DNA from: Azolla caroliniana
Taxonomy: Eukaryota; Plantae; Polypodiophyta
Length of the DNA stretch: 64,000 nt
Assembly (NCBI GenBank): GCA_043228905.1
Contig: JBHGNT010000013.1
Location: forward strand, 7,936,001 to 8,000,000
Direction of reading: 5' to 3'
The translations under genes were made by a program, and so were the position numbers. Below, piece after piece: positions 46,901-60,990 of the stretch (position 1 is the first letter of the stretch; each line of letters opens with the position of its first letter). The notes beneath the pieces are model-generated. The model was not told the DNA's origin and searched no databases. It worked only from the letters and a program-made list of their open reading frames with translations.

Positions 46901-48935
46901 TCATCTCTAGCGATGGAATCCGTATGGACCCTGCAAAGGTAGCTACCATCACCGACTACCCCTGCCCCACCTCAATAAAAACATTGCAACATTTTTTGGG
47001 CATGATCACCTTTTCCCTTCACTTCATCCCGAACCTCGCCTTGGTCACTTTCCCCCTCCGTCATCTCCTAAAGAAATGTGTGTCATTCATTTGGGATTCT
47101 GCTTGCGAAGACAGCTTTCGTCGCCTAAAAACAATGGTCCAAGAATCAGGGTTGCTCGGCCATCCTAAGTTTGACTAGCCGTTTACGTTGTAGACAGATG
47201 CCTCTAACCATGGGTTAGGTGCCGTCCTCCTGCAAACCGATTGCCACGAGCAAGAGAATGTGGTCGCCTTCATTAGTCCATACCTTCATGGCGGGCAGGT
47301 TACGGTTGAGACTGAGCACCAGCCCTTACTTTCTCTTATTCATCAACCTCACCCCCCATGCCGCTTGTTGCGATGGACGTTGGCACTTCAAGATTATCAG
47401 TTTACCCTCTCCTATCGAAAAGGTGTAAACCAATTTGGTCGTCAATAGTCTATCTTGCGCCGATTTCCAAGCTGTCCAATTTCTACCCGCAACGTCTGAC
47501 CTTCCACTGCCACTACCACAACTCGCTACACTTCAGCAACACGACCCCGCCATCCGAGATATAACCCATCAGTTGCGCTCCTGCCAACCATTTTCCTCAC
47601 AATGACGGTTCATGCTCCGCGATAACTTGATGTTCTTCATTCAGGCGCATCATCAGCCGCGTCTCTACATCCCTCATGCCCTACAACAGACGTATCTCCA
47701 ATTTTATCACAACCACCCATTGTCAGGTCATCTCGGTTTCCACAAGGTTCTTGAAAAATTACGTCTTAAGTATTATTGGCCCAACATGTGACACTTTGTC
47801 TCTACCTACATCAACCAATGTGCTTTGTGTCAACACATCAAACCCGTGAGCAAGCCCGTCGGAACGCTCCAACCCATCACCGTCACATCGCCTTTCGAGC
47901 TCGTCGAATGGGATTTCATGGGACCTTTTCCCGAATCCCCAGTGGCAACAAGTATATCGTAGTCATAACAGAATACCGCACCAGATGGGCTGAAACTGTT
48001 GCCATCCCTGACGTCATTGCGCCAACAATCGCATCCCAACTTTTGCACAAGGTAATTTTTCAACACGGTTGCCCTGTCCAACTCTTATCTGATCAGGGCC
48101 TCCAGTTCCATGGGGACGTCCTCAACGCGGTTGCAACTCAACTAGGTGTCCAGCAAGTGTTTACATCCTCGTACCATCCGCAAACAAATAACCTCACCGA
48201 ACGCCTCATCAAGACCCTAAAGCAGGAGATTGTTGCTTACATCGATCCATGCCACAAAACCTAGGAGCAAGTCTTGCCTTTCGTCACCCACGCCTACAAT
48301 ACATCCGTTTAGGCATCAACACGGATCAGCCCTTTTCGAGCACTCTATGGGCGTGACCCTCGACTCCCACCAGAACCATCCATTAACATCCATTCCAAAC
48401 CTATCAACATGGATGGTGCCACTTGGGGGCGCTATCTCCAACAACTGCTACCTCTCCTTCGACAAGCAAGCTCTCGAAACCTACAAGTCGCACAACAACG
48501 CCAAAAGCGACACTACGACGTGTGTCGAATTACCCCGACTTATTATGATGGAACCAAAGTCCTTGTTTACTTGTTTACTTCCTAGTTCAGCAACGCGGTC
48601 TCAGCGAATCACTCATGCACCGATGGATCGGCCCATTTACCGTGGTTCGTGCAATCAAATCCACGACTTACTTGCTCCGACGTGATTCCAATGGTCGCTT
48701 CACCTCCGCCCATGTTGCCCGCATCAAGCCCTATGCTACCCCAAGCCCATCTTCTAGCGCTCATCCTTTCCCCATGTGGTAAAACTCCTTGTTTCTCTCA
48801 GGGGGGAAATGTGGTGTCCCTTGGATGCAAGTGCATGCCTTCATGTTGGGTGTGCATGTGCTCCTTTGTGCCCTTTTTAGCATACCCTTGTTAGGACGCA
48901 TGTAGTTAAGTAGAGCCAACCCAAATGGGTACCTT
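43952..48935 (+). mobile_element. Ty3/Gypsy element I with very short (~130 bp) LTRs, degenerate
   Basis: LTRs 43952-44082 and 48810-48935, PBS-like TGGCGTCCC at 44083-44091, PPT AGGGGGGAAA at 48800-48809; gag, protease LLDS, RT (IDFRPLN, LDLASGYWQI), RNase H and integrase (SDQG, YHPQTN). Confidence 0.9.
45408..46051 (-). repeat. Solo LTR G, related to the F LTRs, inserted in the protease region of I
   Basis: The reverse complement starts TGTCGTGA and ends TTCGCGACA like F and shares the AAAACCATG/GTGCAC repeats. Flanks are GCAC/GCGC. Confidence 0.85.
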
Positions 48936-49099
48936 TATACGACTATAAATTGAATAGGAAGTAAGAAGCTAAGCAAGCTGGTTTGGATTCCATTTATGTG
49001 CATTTCACAATATATTAACTTAAGAAAAATGATTTAGGAAACAAATTAAATTAGCTCAATCAATGTATATTAATGAATTCAATACAAGTGATAAGTGAC

Positions 49100-49468
49100 C
49101 ATTGGCAACAATTCGGTTCAGTTTGGTTCGGTTTGAGAGGATCAAAACCAAACCACTTAAATTTTTTGAAACTTGAACCAAACCGAACCGTTTAAATGAT
49201 TTTCAAACCGTTAAAACCATGGTTTCGTGGTTCGGTTTCGGTTTTCACCTTAGGTCTAATTTTTAATTTTTTAAAATTGTAAAGATGTTCCTAAAATGTG
49301 AGAATAAGGTCTAAAAATAAAAAGATTGTTTAAAAACAATTTTTTTAAAATTTTAAAATTTTAAAAAATAAAATAAAAAACCGTTTAACCATTTAAAGCG
49401 CAGTTGTTTACTATTGAAACCAAACTGAACTATTAAGCCATGGTTTCGCGGTTCGCCGATTGTTAGTG
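49100..49468. mobile_element. Possible hAT-type MITE or non-autonomous DNA transposon
   Basis: Clusters of AAACCG/CGGTTT repeats near both ends and degenerate TIR CATTGGCAA/TTGTTAGTG; no clean TSD. Confidence 0.45.
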
Positions 49469-50319
49469 ATATGGATGTTGATACTTTTCTCTAATACAAA
49501 AAATCCACAAAGAATTAATTTGATGGTTGTCAAATATTATGAGATGTCCCATACTCTCTCATTATTATCCCATCCTACAAGCTAGTAAAAATGTTGACCA
49601 AGATTTTATTATTTCAATTACATATTCACATTGATAGGATGACCCTAGCACATGGCGATGAACCCTTCCTACTAACCAAACTTATGGTCCACTTATTAAT
49701 AGCCTAATGTATAGAGTACTTGCTCCACCAGGTTGAACGTTGGTCATGAATGGGGAAACCCATGGATAGGTGGGTTAGATCCCAATCTTCACCTTCAAGA
49801 TTCATACACCACTTATAAAGAGTACAATCCTTATCATTTGTTTCTATTTCATGGCAAGGCTTTCTTTAAATAACTCATATATTAGTATAAAAAAAAGTGT
49901 AAAACATAAGGTGTAATACATGTTAATCCTATTCATATTTTTAAGCAAAATTATAGAAATCAATGAGTTAATCAATCATATAGTCTATAAATCAAGCATA
50001 AACTATAAACTATATTTAGTCAATATTTTGTAATATATACAAATTTAGAATTATATATATGAAGAATATTTCGTCAAAGTAAATTGAAATAAAAATTTAA
50101 TACAGTAATTAAAAAGTATGTCATTTAATTAATTTAAAACTAGATCACTAATAATATAAATATCACCCAAAAAAATCTAATTTAAGCTAATCTATGCAAG
50201 CATACCTACATTATTAAACTAATTTCATCTATTAAAAATGTTCTTATTATAATAAACTAATCTTTTATTTATTTTTTAAAATCTTATTGTAAATTTCACC
50301 TAGATTTTATTTCAACTTT

Positions 50320-50621
50320 TGTAAAGAATCAAGTGCAATTTTGTGCAGGGGAAGTGATCCATGTGTGCGTGAGAGAGAGGAAAGGAGAGAAACACAAGTT
50401 ATATAGAAAATCAGGAAAATTGTATTAATAAGAAGGAAGATGAAAGACCAACAACTACAAAGGAGAGGAGAACGTGCTTATATAGTCACCTTCTCTCTAT
50501 ATTCTCTTACTACAACCACCTCTTGAGAAGGAGGTGGAGACTTAACTTCTATGACACTTAGTTTATGATACAAGGAGGTGGGATGTTCCCACAGTAAGGA
50601 AGTTGAGTTTGACTTGCAACA
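50320..50621 (-). repeat. Solo Copia-type LTR
   Basis: Minus strand TGTTGCAAGTCAAACTCAAC...TTCTTTACA resembles the L and K LTR termini; TSD ACTTT/ACCTT. Confidence 0.65.
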
Positions 50622-51879
50622 ACCTTATTAGGTAATAGTTAGGGTTAAATAGCAATGCTTAGATAATTATAAAGTAAACTCAAATTTTTGCCTCAAGACT
50701 TTTTATGTTGTGGGTTGGAGAAGTGTGTAGCTCAGGAAGGCATGGCAAGGAATTAGAATTGGAATCATTTGTAGGTGGAGAAATGATGCATAACCCGTTC
50801 ACGCTCACAAGTGGAAGGATCGCACATTCCACTTATAGATTCCTTTTATAATCTTGTGATTTTAGGTTGTTTTCAAAAACTTGATACATCATTATCACAT
50901 GTTTTAAATAACATACAAAATTTGTTGATTTTTTGAGATTTAAGTGTCAAAATGATAATTTCTAAAATTGAATAGTTTTTCAAAAAATGTTTAAACATTG
51001 ACAGTTTGCAGATATGAAATGTAGTTAACTTAAACATAATCACAATGGTTAACTCAAGGCACAAGTTAAGATTAATGGTTTCACCATCTTGAGGAGATGT
51101 AGGTTTTAGAAGTGGCAATGACATTTATTGTTGGACTTGAAAATGTTTTATGTATAAGAGGTAACATTGTAATCTTTCGTTTCATCATCTATAAATTTAG
51201 TGCTCATCAACATCCATAAATTCACAACTCAAGAAATGTAGACAATATTCATAAATAGTTTTGATAAATTCAAAACTCCAAAAATTTAGACAATATTCTT
51301 AAATTGTCAAACTTAGACGTGAACATTAATTTATCAATTTGAACATATCACATAGTTATTATGGTATCCACACTGCTCTCCTCTTCTTCCTTTGAGAACT
51401 CGCCTACAAAATTTGTGTAGTAGTATCTACTCCACATAGGCTAGCAATGATAGGGTTCTCAAATAGCTCGTCGACAAAATCAATAAGCTCCCTAGGTTCA
51501 CCAGCTAATGGAGGAATGAAAGGTTCATGGGATGCAGATTGAATATTTTAAGGCTTTAATCCTCATGTTAATGAAACTCACTTTCTAATCATCCTTTCTA
51601 AGTGCAACAGTATTTCTGAATAGCTTCAATGCAGATGCAAATGTAGTACACATTAACAATTCAAAATGAAGATTGTGATAACTAAACATAAACTATATTG
51701 ATTTCTAGAGGCATAGCAAACAGAGTTATAATAATTTACCTAAGCCAAAGAACAAATCTAGTATCCAATCTCCTTCATTGGAGAACATTTCAAATGACAA
51801 ATATCAATATTAAGTAGAATGTATTGATGGGAATATCAAACTCTCCATGTAAGTCGATAAAGAGCAAATGCAAGATCAA

Positions 51880-54800
51880 AACAATCCAAATAACGGGTGT
51901 CCTGTTGAGATAAGTTTCAATAGCGAAGAAATGTTTCTATTTGAGCAGAAGATAGATCGACTCGAGCGCATAGCAGTCATATGCCGCGTGGTGGGATCAT
52001 GACCAAATAGAGGACTATTGCGAGATATGTTGCAAGGCAAATTTCATTCACAAGTAGGTGGAATAAAAGAAGTTCAACCGCTTGGTAAAGGCTTCTATCA
52101 AATCGTTCTAGAGGACAAGGATTCTGCAGCAAACCTCATAGCAATGTCTCCCTGTTAGGTCCGAAACACATGGTTATTCATGCGTAAATGGACACATGGT
52201 TTTAACCCAGAGAAGGCAACACAACACGATGATTCCATGAAAAAGGTAACAATGTTGTTTCCTGGATTATCCTTAGAATACATGTTACTTCCTACTATTG
52301 GCAACTCCTTTGGTATGATGTTGGACAAGGAACTAAAGCTAGTGGACAGGCTAAAGAAGCACCTAGGCCCTCCCTCTATCTGCCTATTGGTGCAGGATAT
52401 CAACAAACTTCCCTCCAAGATCCTCATTCCCAGGAAAAACAAAATGCGGATTGAATAATGCATAGAAGTGATTGGTGCATCGGGGCAATGTTTTGCATGC
52501 AAAAACTTGGTCATTTTAAAAAGAATTGCCCCACAAGACGTATTAAAGATCCTAGAAGGAGACTCTGGAAGGTCGGGACACCATAGGACATCAGAAGCCT
52601 CCCCCACCACGACCCGATATGGCTGTGATGGAATGGCAAGTGGTGGGAAAAACCCATGTCCTTCGGAAAACTCCACAGGCACAAAATCCTCCATCTCCTA
52701 TGAGCCCCAACCGATTTGATCTACTACAAGAGCTCTCCCCCACGGATGAGCATTCCCCTAGTTCTTTCTTAAGCCCCAAGGAGCGGCCTAAGGTGACACC
52801 AAGCACACAAGAGAAAGTTCTCGTTAAAGCTTACAAAACAGGGAAGCGAAGAAGGATAAGTCATGTTATGACCTTAATACGGAGCTTGAGCAGAACGGTA
52901 CCCAATGCAGAAGCAACAAACCAAGGTAGAAGTTTGAATGTCATGTCTTCCCGGACACAAATGAGTGTGATTCCTCTAGCCAAGACCTTGAACCACACCT
53001 GCAAAACGCCTTGAAATAGCTAGGTATAGGGCACAAGACTGTGGAAAAAATAAGGGTACATGTATCAGCGGTACACAATAACGGAGTTCCGACGACCTCA
53101 ATTCCTTTCCACTCTTGCTTCCGTCACAGGAAGACTAGTCGAAATCCAAAATTAAAGATACGCTATGTAGCCAAGTAGCATGCTTTGTAGCAAAAATAAG
53201 AGATGAAGACCTCATGAACGAACTAAAGCAGCATTGGAATAACACTGAATTCTAGTGCACCATGAATGAAGAGGAACCTCATCTTTGCCACATCCACCTG
53301 CAGACTATCATAAACACCCAATTATATCCAAGCTTTTTCTATTTCTATGAGAAGCATGAAGGGGCGATTGAAGCTCACAGGATAGCCCACAAACTCCACT
53401 CATGGATGTGGACCATCATTCCATCAATGGAAATGATTGGATGTCTAAATGGTGAGTGCTCCCCACTCACGGCATGTTGTGAAAAGAATCAGGCACAAAT
53501 GGCAATCTCCCAATTAGATGGGCGAAATAGTGGACCCACCCTATCTCGCATCGACCGTCTTTATGTAGGTGAGGCCCTAGAAGTGAAGGGAGGGTGGTGT
53601 CGCAGAACTCCAGACACAACTTTCTCTGACCATTACCCAATAATCGGTCACTTGCACTTGCACCAAAAGTGGGGCTCATTCCAGCCTCATATCCCACACA
53701 CTATCTACACAATTATAGAGGTGAAGGAACAACTCGCCAACCAATGGTCACTACCTGTCAATGCCTCATCCTGCCTCATTAGTATCTGACAAACTTCTAG
53801 CTAAATTATCAAGACCTTCAACTCTACTACACGAGATTGTCAAGACTAGAAGTAAGGATGCTCAGGAAAGGTGACAAAGGACAAAATGGGGACTAATAGC
53901 CTTACAACGACTCTAACAGCGATACCCGGCATGTAGTTGGATCGCGGGATAGGTTGCCATGGCCGAACATGAACTCATCATGGAAGAAAAGGAAATCTAT
54001 GACATGGAGTTTCATGGAAGCATGGCTCTATGGATTTTAGTAGGGGACAAAACCACGAAGGAATTCTTCCAATCCAAGGGACCGAGGCACGCTAGAACAA
54101 TGATATGCAACCTCAACCAAGCGGATGGAACTACTATGGAGGATGGCGATGAAATGAGGAATATTGCCACAAGTTATTTTAAGCGACTACTTACTGAAGA
54201 TAATATGGCCACAGGGGAAGACATAAGAGAAGATATTATCCTCCAGAGCATACTTGAGAAATTCACGATGGAAATGAATGGCTCGTGTGTCCCCTATCAA
54301 TCATCAAGATATGGGAGGCCCTCTCTGATTTGGATGTAGATAGCTTCCCCACAATCGACGGCCTCACCCCTCACTTTTTCATGTGCCTTTGGGACACTAT
54401 TAAAGAAGACCTTCTCCAAGCATATGAGGAGATCTTCACCTCTGGAAATATGCAAGAGGAATTTGCATAGGGGATGATACATCTCATTCCTAAAAGTGGT
54501 GGGAGTGCAAAGACATTAGTAAGTGGCGGCCCATAACTCTCCTCAATACTGTATATAAGTTGCTCGTAAAAATCGTGGCACACTGCTTAACACCACTTCT
54601 CCCTGAGCTCATTCATCCGTCCCAAACAGGTTTTGTTAGAAATCGGAGCATTCTAGACAACCTCTTCTCATTTTAGAAAACAATAGCCCTTGCCAAGCGT
54701 ACCAACAATAGGGTAGTTGTGGTGCTCCTAGATTTTGAGAAAGCATAAGACAGGCTATGTTGGAAATTTCTAAAAAGTGTGATGGGGAAACTCCGCTTTC

Positions 54801-56990
54801 ATGAGTCATGGATCAAAGGCATTGTAGGACTTTATAGGAACGGCACCAGGTGCATTTCACTAGCAGGTGAAAGGGGCCCTTTCTTCTGAATATCGCAGTC
54901 CGTATGACAGGGCTGCCCACTGGCTCCATCCTTATTTCTATTATTCGCTGAAGCACTCTCTAGCTTTCTCAACTTGCGTCATCGAAGCCTACATGTTCTT
55001 CGTGTGTTGCAGCCTCCTACATATAGAATTTGCAGATGACACCACGGTCTACTTGCAAGGCGACTTGGAAAATTTACAAAAGCTAGAAAGTGGTTTAGAC
55101 GTATTTTGCAAGAGATCCCATGCCATGATCAATTGGCACAAATTCTGTGCAATATGGCTCCCTCATGAAGCACATCCTACGTGGCACCCAAATCCTGCTT
55201 TCAAGTGGATCAATCAAGGAGTGAGCACCAAATATATGGGTTTCCAAATTGGGTTCAACATACCTCCGAAGACTATGATTACACCAGTTATTCACTCCAT
55301 TTGACAAAAGTTAATACATTGGAGTTCGAAAAACTCTCGCTAGCGGGGCGCATCATAGTGGCAAACCAGGTATTACTCGCAACAGCATGGTACAGCTTAT
55401 CATGCTGGACAATCTCCAAGGAAAGTATACACTAGATTCAGCAACTAGTGCGCAACTACATTTGGTTTGGTAAGGAAGATCATACAACTCGGGCCAAGGT
55501 GGTGTGGCCTATACTCACATCACCTAAGTCGAGAGGAGGATTGGGTCTTATTGATACCCTCTCACAATCAAAAGCCCTACTCGCCAAATTTGTGGTGCGA
55601 GGACTCCAACCAGGGAATGACTGCTAGAAAATGTTACTATGGTTACACTTCGCTTACTTTAGGCCGCGAAAAGGGACCAATTGGGCCCCCCAAACTAGAT
55701 GGATTCTAAACATGGATCTCAAACCTAGTTTCTCCTACCAACTAGAGGATAGATTTAGTGCATCCATGTGGAAGGCGTGGTGTGACATTAGACGAGGACT
55801 CAAGTGTGATCAACCCAATTCCGAACCTGCCTGGCTCAGTCAACATATCCTATGGAACCCATGTATTAGGGATGAATCTAATCAACTAATTGGATCAAGT
55901 AAGGGGTTTTCATGGGGATACATGTTGGAAGGTCCAGGAAAAAGTATAGAATGTTGGAGACGGTTTATGTCATTGCCAATAGAATTAGGGGCGAATGGGC
56001 TATGGGATCTGATTAGGGAAGTTGCTCATCAAAGGATGACAACGGAGAAATCGATAGGCTACAAGGAGGAGGGCTCTTTGATCCCAAGAGGTAGACTCAA
56101 CACACCGGACAGGATCGAAGGCTCTGAATTGCAGGACAACGAGACATCAACACAACATAATCCAATTCAAGTACTAGCATATACTGGGCATAAATGGATT
56201 GTAGATCCTGATCCGATCAAAGTACAAACAGATTGGCACATATGTACTCATGAAAACACATGGCTATGTAAGGTCAGTTGGGACCCTTTGCAATGGACAT
56301 GGTGTGATCCTTACACGGGGCAAGGAAGCAAACCTATCCCTTTCTTTCAATTCACAACTAGATTGGGTCGCCATATTATAGCCGCTCGATCCACCCGAGA
56401 GCTGGCTGCTGCAAAGGTCTGGCACACATATCATGTTCCTTACACAATTATCACCAAGTTTTGGCAGAAACTCTGGAAACAACAACACGTGAGGCGAATC
56501 ACCACTTTCCAATGGCTATTAATACATAAGTCACTGTCGGTTGGTGCATGGCAACATGGGAACCTCAACTCTCCTAATTGTGTAGCGTCTCCAACTGTAT
56601 TAGAATCCATACAACACACTCTATGGGACTACCCAGAGCCCCATCGAATATGGCGGGGGGTTGGCCGCTTATTTCAATTAGGCCAAGTGCAAGGCTCAAT
56701 CAAGTGGGGGAATATATGATGGCTATCATGGCAGGCCCCAATTGATAGTTATGAGCATCAAGGAGAGGGGATGACTTTGGCTATAAAAGCACAAGAGATT
56801 TTTTTCTCCACCATCGGCAATATCCACTCAACTCCTTATTAGTGCCAAATCTGAACTTGTGTTGGACTTGGTTAACCCAATAACTCGTTGGATTCTATGG
56901 AAACAACGGTGTAGACGGGTCTTCTCCAACCAAAGCGCACAACCAATAATGTTAATGCAAGAGCCACTCTAAAGAGCCAATATGATGGCC
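51880..56990 (+). mobile_element. Degenerate L1-clade LINE (ORF1 and ORF2)
   Basis: ORF1 remnant with RKW and CFACKNLGH knuckle; endonuclease end SRIDRLY..SDHYPI; RT WRPITLLN, LDFEKA, QGCPLAP, FADDT; zf-RVT-like FWQKLWK..FQWLLIH..ESIQH. Ends approximate. Confidence 0.88.
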
Positions 56991-57006
56991 TCAAGGGTGA
57001 CTGTCA

Positions 57007-58070
57007 TTGGTATATAATAACTTCTCTATCGATGCACATGGCTTAAGGGAATGTGATATTAAGAGAGAAGATACACAAATTTGGGCTGGATCCCAAAGAA
57101 TTGCAAGTAGAAATGTTACTAGTTGTTTAAAGATGTTATACCAAGGTGGAGAAGGTGTCAAAGTAAGAGAAAGAGGTGCTTTGGGAACACATGTATACTT
57201 GCATATATTAGGTGACTATATTGATATTTTTCTATCCCCTCATGAGAGCTTATTCAAGCATGTGGTACTTGCATCTAAAGTTGCATTCTTCTTTCAAATA
57301 TGGAGATTATGGATTCTAAATAATCCAATTTATAATTTGAAAAGTAATTTCATTAGTCGGGAAGTATTTTTGGATGTACAAATATCTTGTCATTTTGTAG
57401 TTTTACTTACAAAAATGTTTCGCGACTTTTATCCACAACTAGAATGTCCATTGCATTTCACAAGGTCTGATGTTTGATGAGATATTTTTTAGTAAAATAG
57501 GGGGGAATGATTGGTATGGAGCGTGCATTTGATATATCAGATGTTTTGCATTGTAGCGGAAATGTAAATAAGCTTGCCAAATTTGAGTGCATTGATAGTG
57601 GATTAGTTTTTCCAAGAGCTCATAAGAAGCAAGAATCAATATGGTCTAAACTCAATTTCATGCATGGCAAGCCTCTTGCAAACTTACAAGACTACATTGA
57701 TATCTCAAATGATGATCAAATTGTTTTTGCACTTAAAGAAGGTTTAAATAAAGCCCAAATTTTATGTGAGTCGTTAAATATGAAGCCTAAACACAATGGG
57801 CAATGGTGGAATTATCCCAGGATTGAGACAAAACAATCCTTGAGTTATATATATGGAGAGAAAGATGCTGAAGAATGTGTTGAACACAATAAAAACTTAG
57901 CAATGGATGAATGTGTGGAGAATGATTATGAGATTGCAATTAGTGAAATTCGCCATGAATTGGATGTTATATTGGATGACAACAATGTGAACTCTAAAGT
58001 CTCTTCATTTGTTCAACTGGATGATAAGATTATATTTAAATCGACACTAGTGAGTCATCTAAATGGTAAT
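57007..58070 (+). pseudogene. DNA transposase C-terminal fragment, tentatively P-element/Galileo-like
   Basis: EDTQIW..QRI, GT.VYL, FFQIWRLW..LKSNFISRE.F.D..ISCH, SDV*-EIFFSKIGGM; cut by Copia K. Confidence 0.5.
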
Positions 58071-60510
58071 TGTTGAGAGACAAGCTCAACATCGGCCGGA
58101 TCGGCTGAAGAAGCCGAGGACCGGATCGGTTGGGACCGATCGGTTAGGCCGAGTGCATACACCGGGAGGTCGTTAGGAAAGATATTCTGTGAGGAATATA
58201 TTTGGGAGTTAGTGTAGGAGCTCTTGATGAGCATTGAAGTATTGTCAATACTTCGGTCAGTCCTTCTAGGACTTGTATAAAAGTGCTCTCTAAGCACGTC
58301 TTATGTACAAAGATTGAGTATTATTGTTGAATATAGTTTTTTGTGTTTCTCTCTCTGTCTCTCCCGCGTATACCGTGTAAGCCTAAGCTCTCCATTGAAC
58401 CTGAGTTTCCTTCCTCTGTTCTGTCATCATACTTGCTTCCGCACGCTACTTTCTACATGGTATCAGAGCGCGAGGGTTGAGAACCTCTCTGCAGCCGACA
58501 CAGCTTGACGAAGAAGAACAAGAAGAACGATGGATAGAGGCATGGCGAGCTCGCTTCCAACAGAGAAGCTCGACAGAACCAACTACGCGTCTTGGTCCTA
58601 CAAGATGCACCAGTACTTGCTCGGGCACGGCTACTGGAGTTATGTCGAAGGAGCTAATGACGCGGCACCCGAATCGACACACAGAGACTTCCCGTCGTGG
58701 GAGCAATCGGCGAGCAGGGTACTATACTGCTTCGCGTCGTGTGTGGGCGAACAGCTATTGAGCTATGTTCGGGATACAAAGACGCCGAAGGGTGCGTGGG
58801 AAAATCTGAAGAAGATTTTTGCTGCGAGCACCACAGCTAGGAAGCTTCAGCTCCGACAGGAGTTGAGCAACCTACGACAACGCGACTTGTCGGTGGCGGA
58901 CTATACCTCGAAGATCAAGGATATCTGCGACTCCCTCTCCTCCATAGAGGTGAACATCGAGGAGAGCGAGATGGTCCAGATCTGTCTCGGAGGTTTGGCG
59001 TCGAAGTTCGGAGCGTTCCGAACGGCTGTGTGTACCTGGGAGAATACGCCGTCCTTTTTCGACTTACAGTCGATGCTCCTGGTAGAGGAGAACCACGCGG
59101 GTGCGTCGACGAGCATGCACACCAACAGCAAGATGTTGTACGTGGTCGTGGCGGACGAGGCGAGTCGGCGCGCAATGGAGGCAGCCGACGTGATCAAGGA
59201 AGAAGGCACCGAAGTGATGCCGACAGCAACTCCGGACCCTCCGGAAACAGGGGGAGTCGAAGCGATGAGAACCGGCAAGGGAAGTCCATCGCGGAGTGCT
59301 AGTACTGTGGCAAGAAAGGCCACAAGGAAAGTGAGTGCTGGAAGAAGTGCGCCGATTCGGAGAGAACTGGTTCCGGGAACGGCTCCAGACATACCGACAA
59401 GGGAAATTGACAGCGATCGCACTACGCTGAAGACTCCGGGAGAGCCGGAGAAGGGTCTGTCTTCGTGACGAGACACGAAGAAAACTCAATGAAACAGAGC
59501 ACCCCGAGATCGGACGAGGTGTGGTACGTAGACTCCGGCGCGTCAAACCACATGACGAGCCATAAGGAGTGGTTCTCGTACCTTGAAAAACCGGTACAAC
59601 CTGGAGTAGTCGCAACAGGAGACGACACTCCGCACCCGATCGCGAATGTCGGAGAAGTTCCCCTTAGCCATGTCGGGCAGAAAGGGAAACTCATGAACGT
59701 GCTGCACGTTCCGACAATCACGAAGAACTTGGTCTCGGTCGGATAGATTGTCGACCAAGGGATGGAGGTTCAGTTTACACACCTCGGGTGCTTCATTGAG
59801 GAAGAAGGCCATGTGATTGCGCAAGGGTGCAGAGACGGGAGGATGTTCATCCTCGACTCCACTGACGGCGGCACCGCAATGTTCGCGAAGGGACAAAAGA
59901 CCGAATCGGACATCGACTTGTGGCACAAGCGGATAGGCCACGTCAACCACCAGTGGCTTCAAGATCCGCAATCGAAACAAGTAGTGTTCGGATTGCCCAA
60001 GTTTAGTGGCCGAAAGGCACAAATTTGTGAAGCCTGCCAGCTCAGGAAGCAACACCGACTTCCTTTCCCCAACGAGCGAAACCGGAGCCGGAACAAGCTC
60101 AACCTTATACACTCGGATGTGTGGGGGCCGGCACAAAACGTTAGTCTTGGCAGGAGCCGATAATTCGTCTCCTTCATCGACGACCACATACAGCATACGT
60201 GGATCTACCTCATTGAGAGGAAGAGCGAAGTCTTCGACTGTTTCCGGGACCTCAAAGGGTTCACAGAAGCTGAAACGGGACGAAAGATCAAGTGCCTATG
60301 GTCGGATGGCGGAAAAGAGTACTTTTCCGGTCAATTCAACGGTTACCTACAACAAATGGGAATTCACCGCGAATTCAGTTGTAGATACACGCCGGAGCAG
60401 AACGGCGTGGCTGAGAGAAAGAATCGGTCGATTGTGGAAGCAGCACGGGCAATGCTGGAGGAGAAGAGCTTGCCCAAGTTCTACTGGGCCGAGGCAGTAA
60501 GGACCGCGGT
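58071..60510 (+). mobile_element. Ty1/Copia element K, 3'-truncated in integrase
   Basis: LTR 58071-58457, PBS TGGTATCAGAGC at 58458-58469, gag KLDRTNYASW, WYVDSGASNHMT, LWHKRIGH, HSDVWGP, PEQNGVAERKNR. Confidence 0.93.
58530..60510 (+). pseudogene. K gag-protease-integrase
   Basis: ORFs 58530, 59030, 59465, 59762 and 60356 joined across frameshifts and stops. Confidence 0.9.
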
Positions 60511-60699
60511 ACCCGGGGGCTCCACTATATATAAAGAGGTTGTATCGCGTGCGTTCATGACATCTTTTATAAACCCCTTATACGTATGTTTTTTATTATT
60601 TTAGAGACCCTTTTGTAAAAAAACAATTAATAAAAATATCGCTTAATGTAAATATATTTTTTGACAACAACTCTTTTTAAATGCCCTTACATAGAAAAC

Positions 60700-60990
60700 A
60701 CATGTATGTTCAATACATGTGTGTATGTATATATTGTATTGTATTGCATCTGTTGTATATATTTTGTGTATGGGTTATGTGTATGTATTGTATTCCATGT
60801 TTATATATGCATGTATTGTACTGTATTGCATGTGTTGTATATATTTTATGTATGGCATGTGTGTATGTATCTATGTGTTATATGTGCATGTAAGTGTAAT
60901 GATATGTGTGTGTATATGTATGTATATATGTTTGTGTATGTGTGTACATGTGTTCTACATATGTGTGTGCGTTCTATATATGTGCATGCG
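60700..60990. repeat. Degenerate (TG/TA)n low-complexity tract
   Basis: TGTA/TGTG/TATG repeats. Confidence 0.85.
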
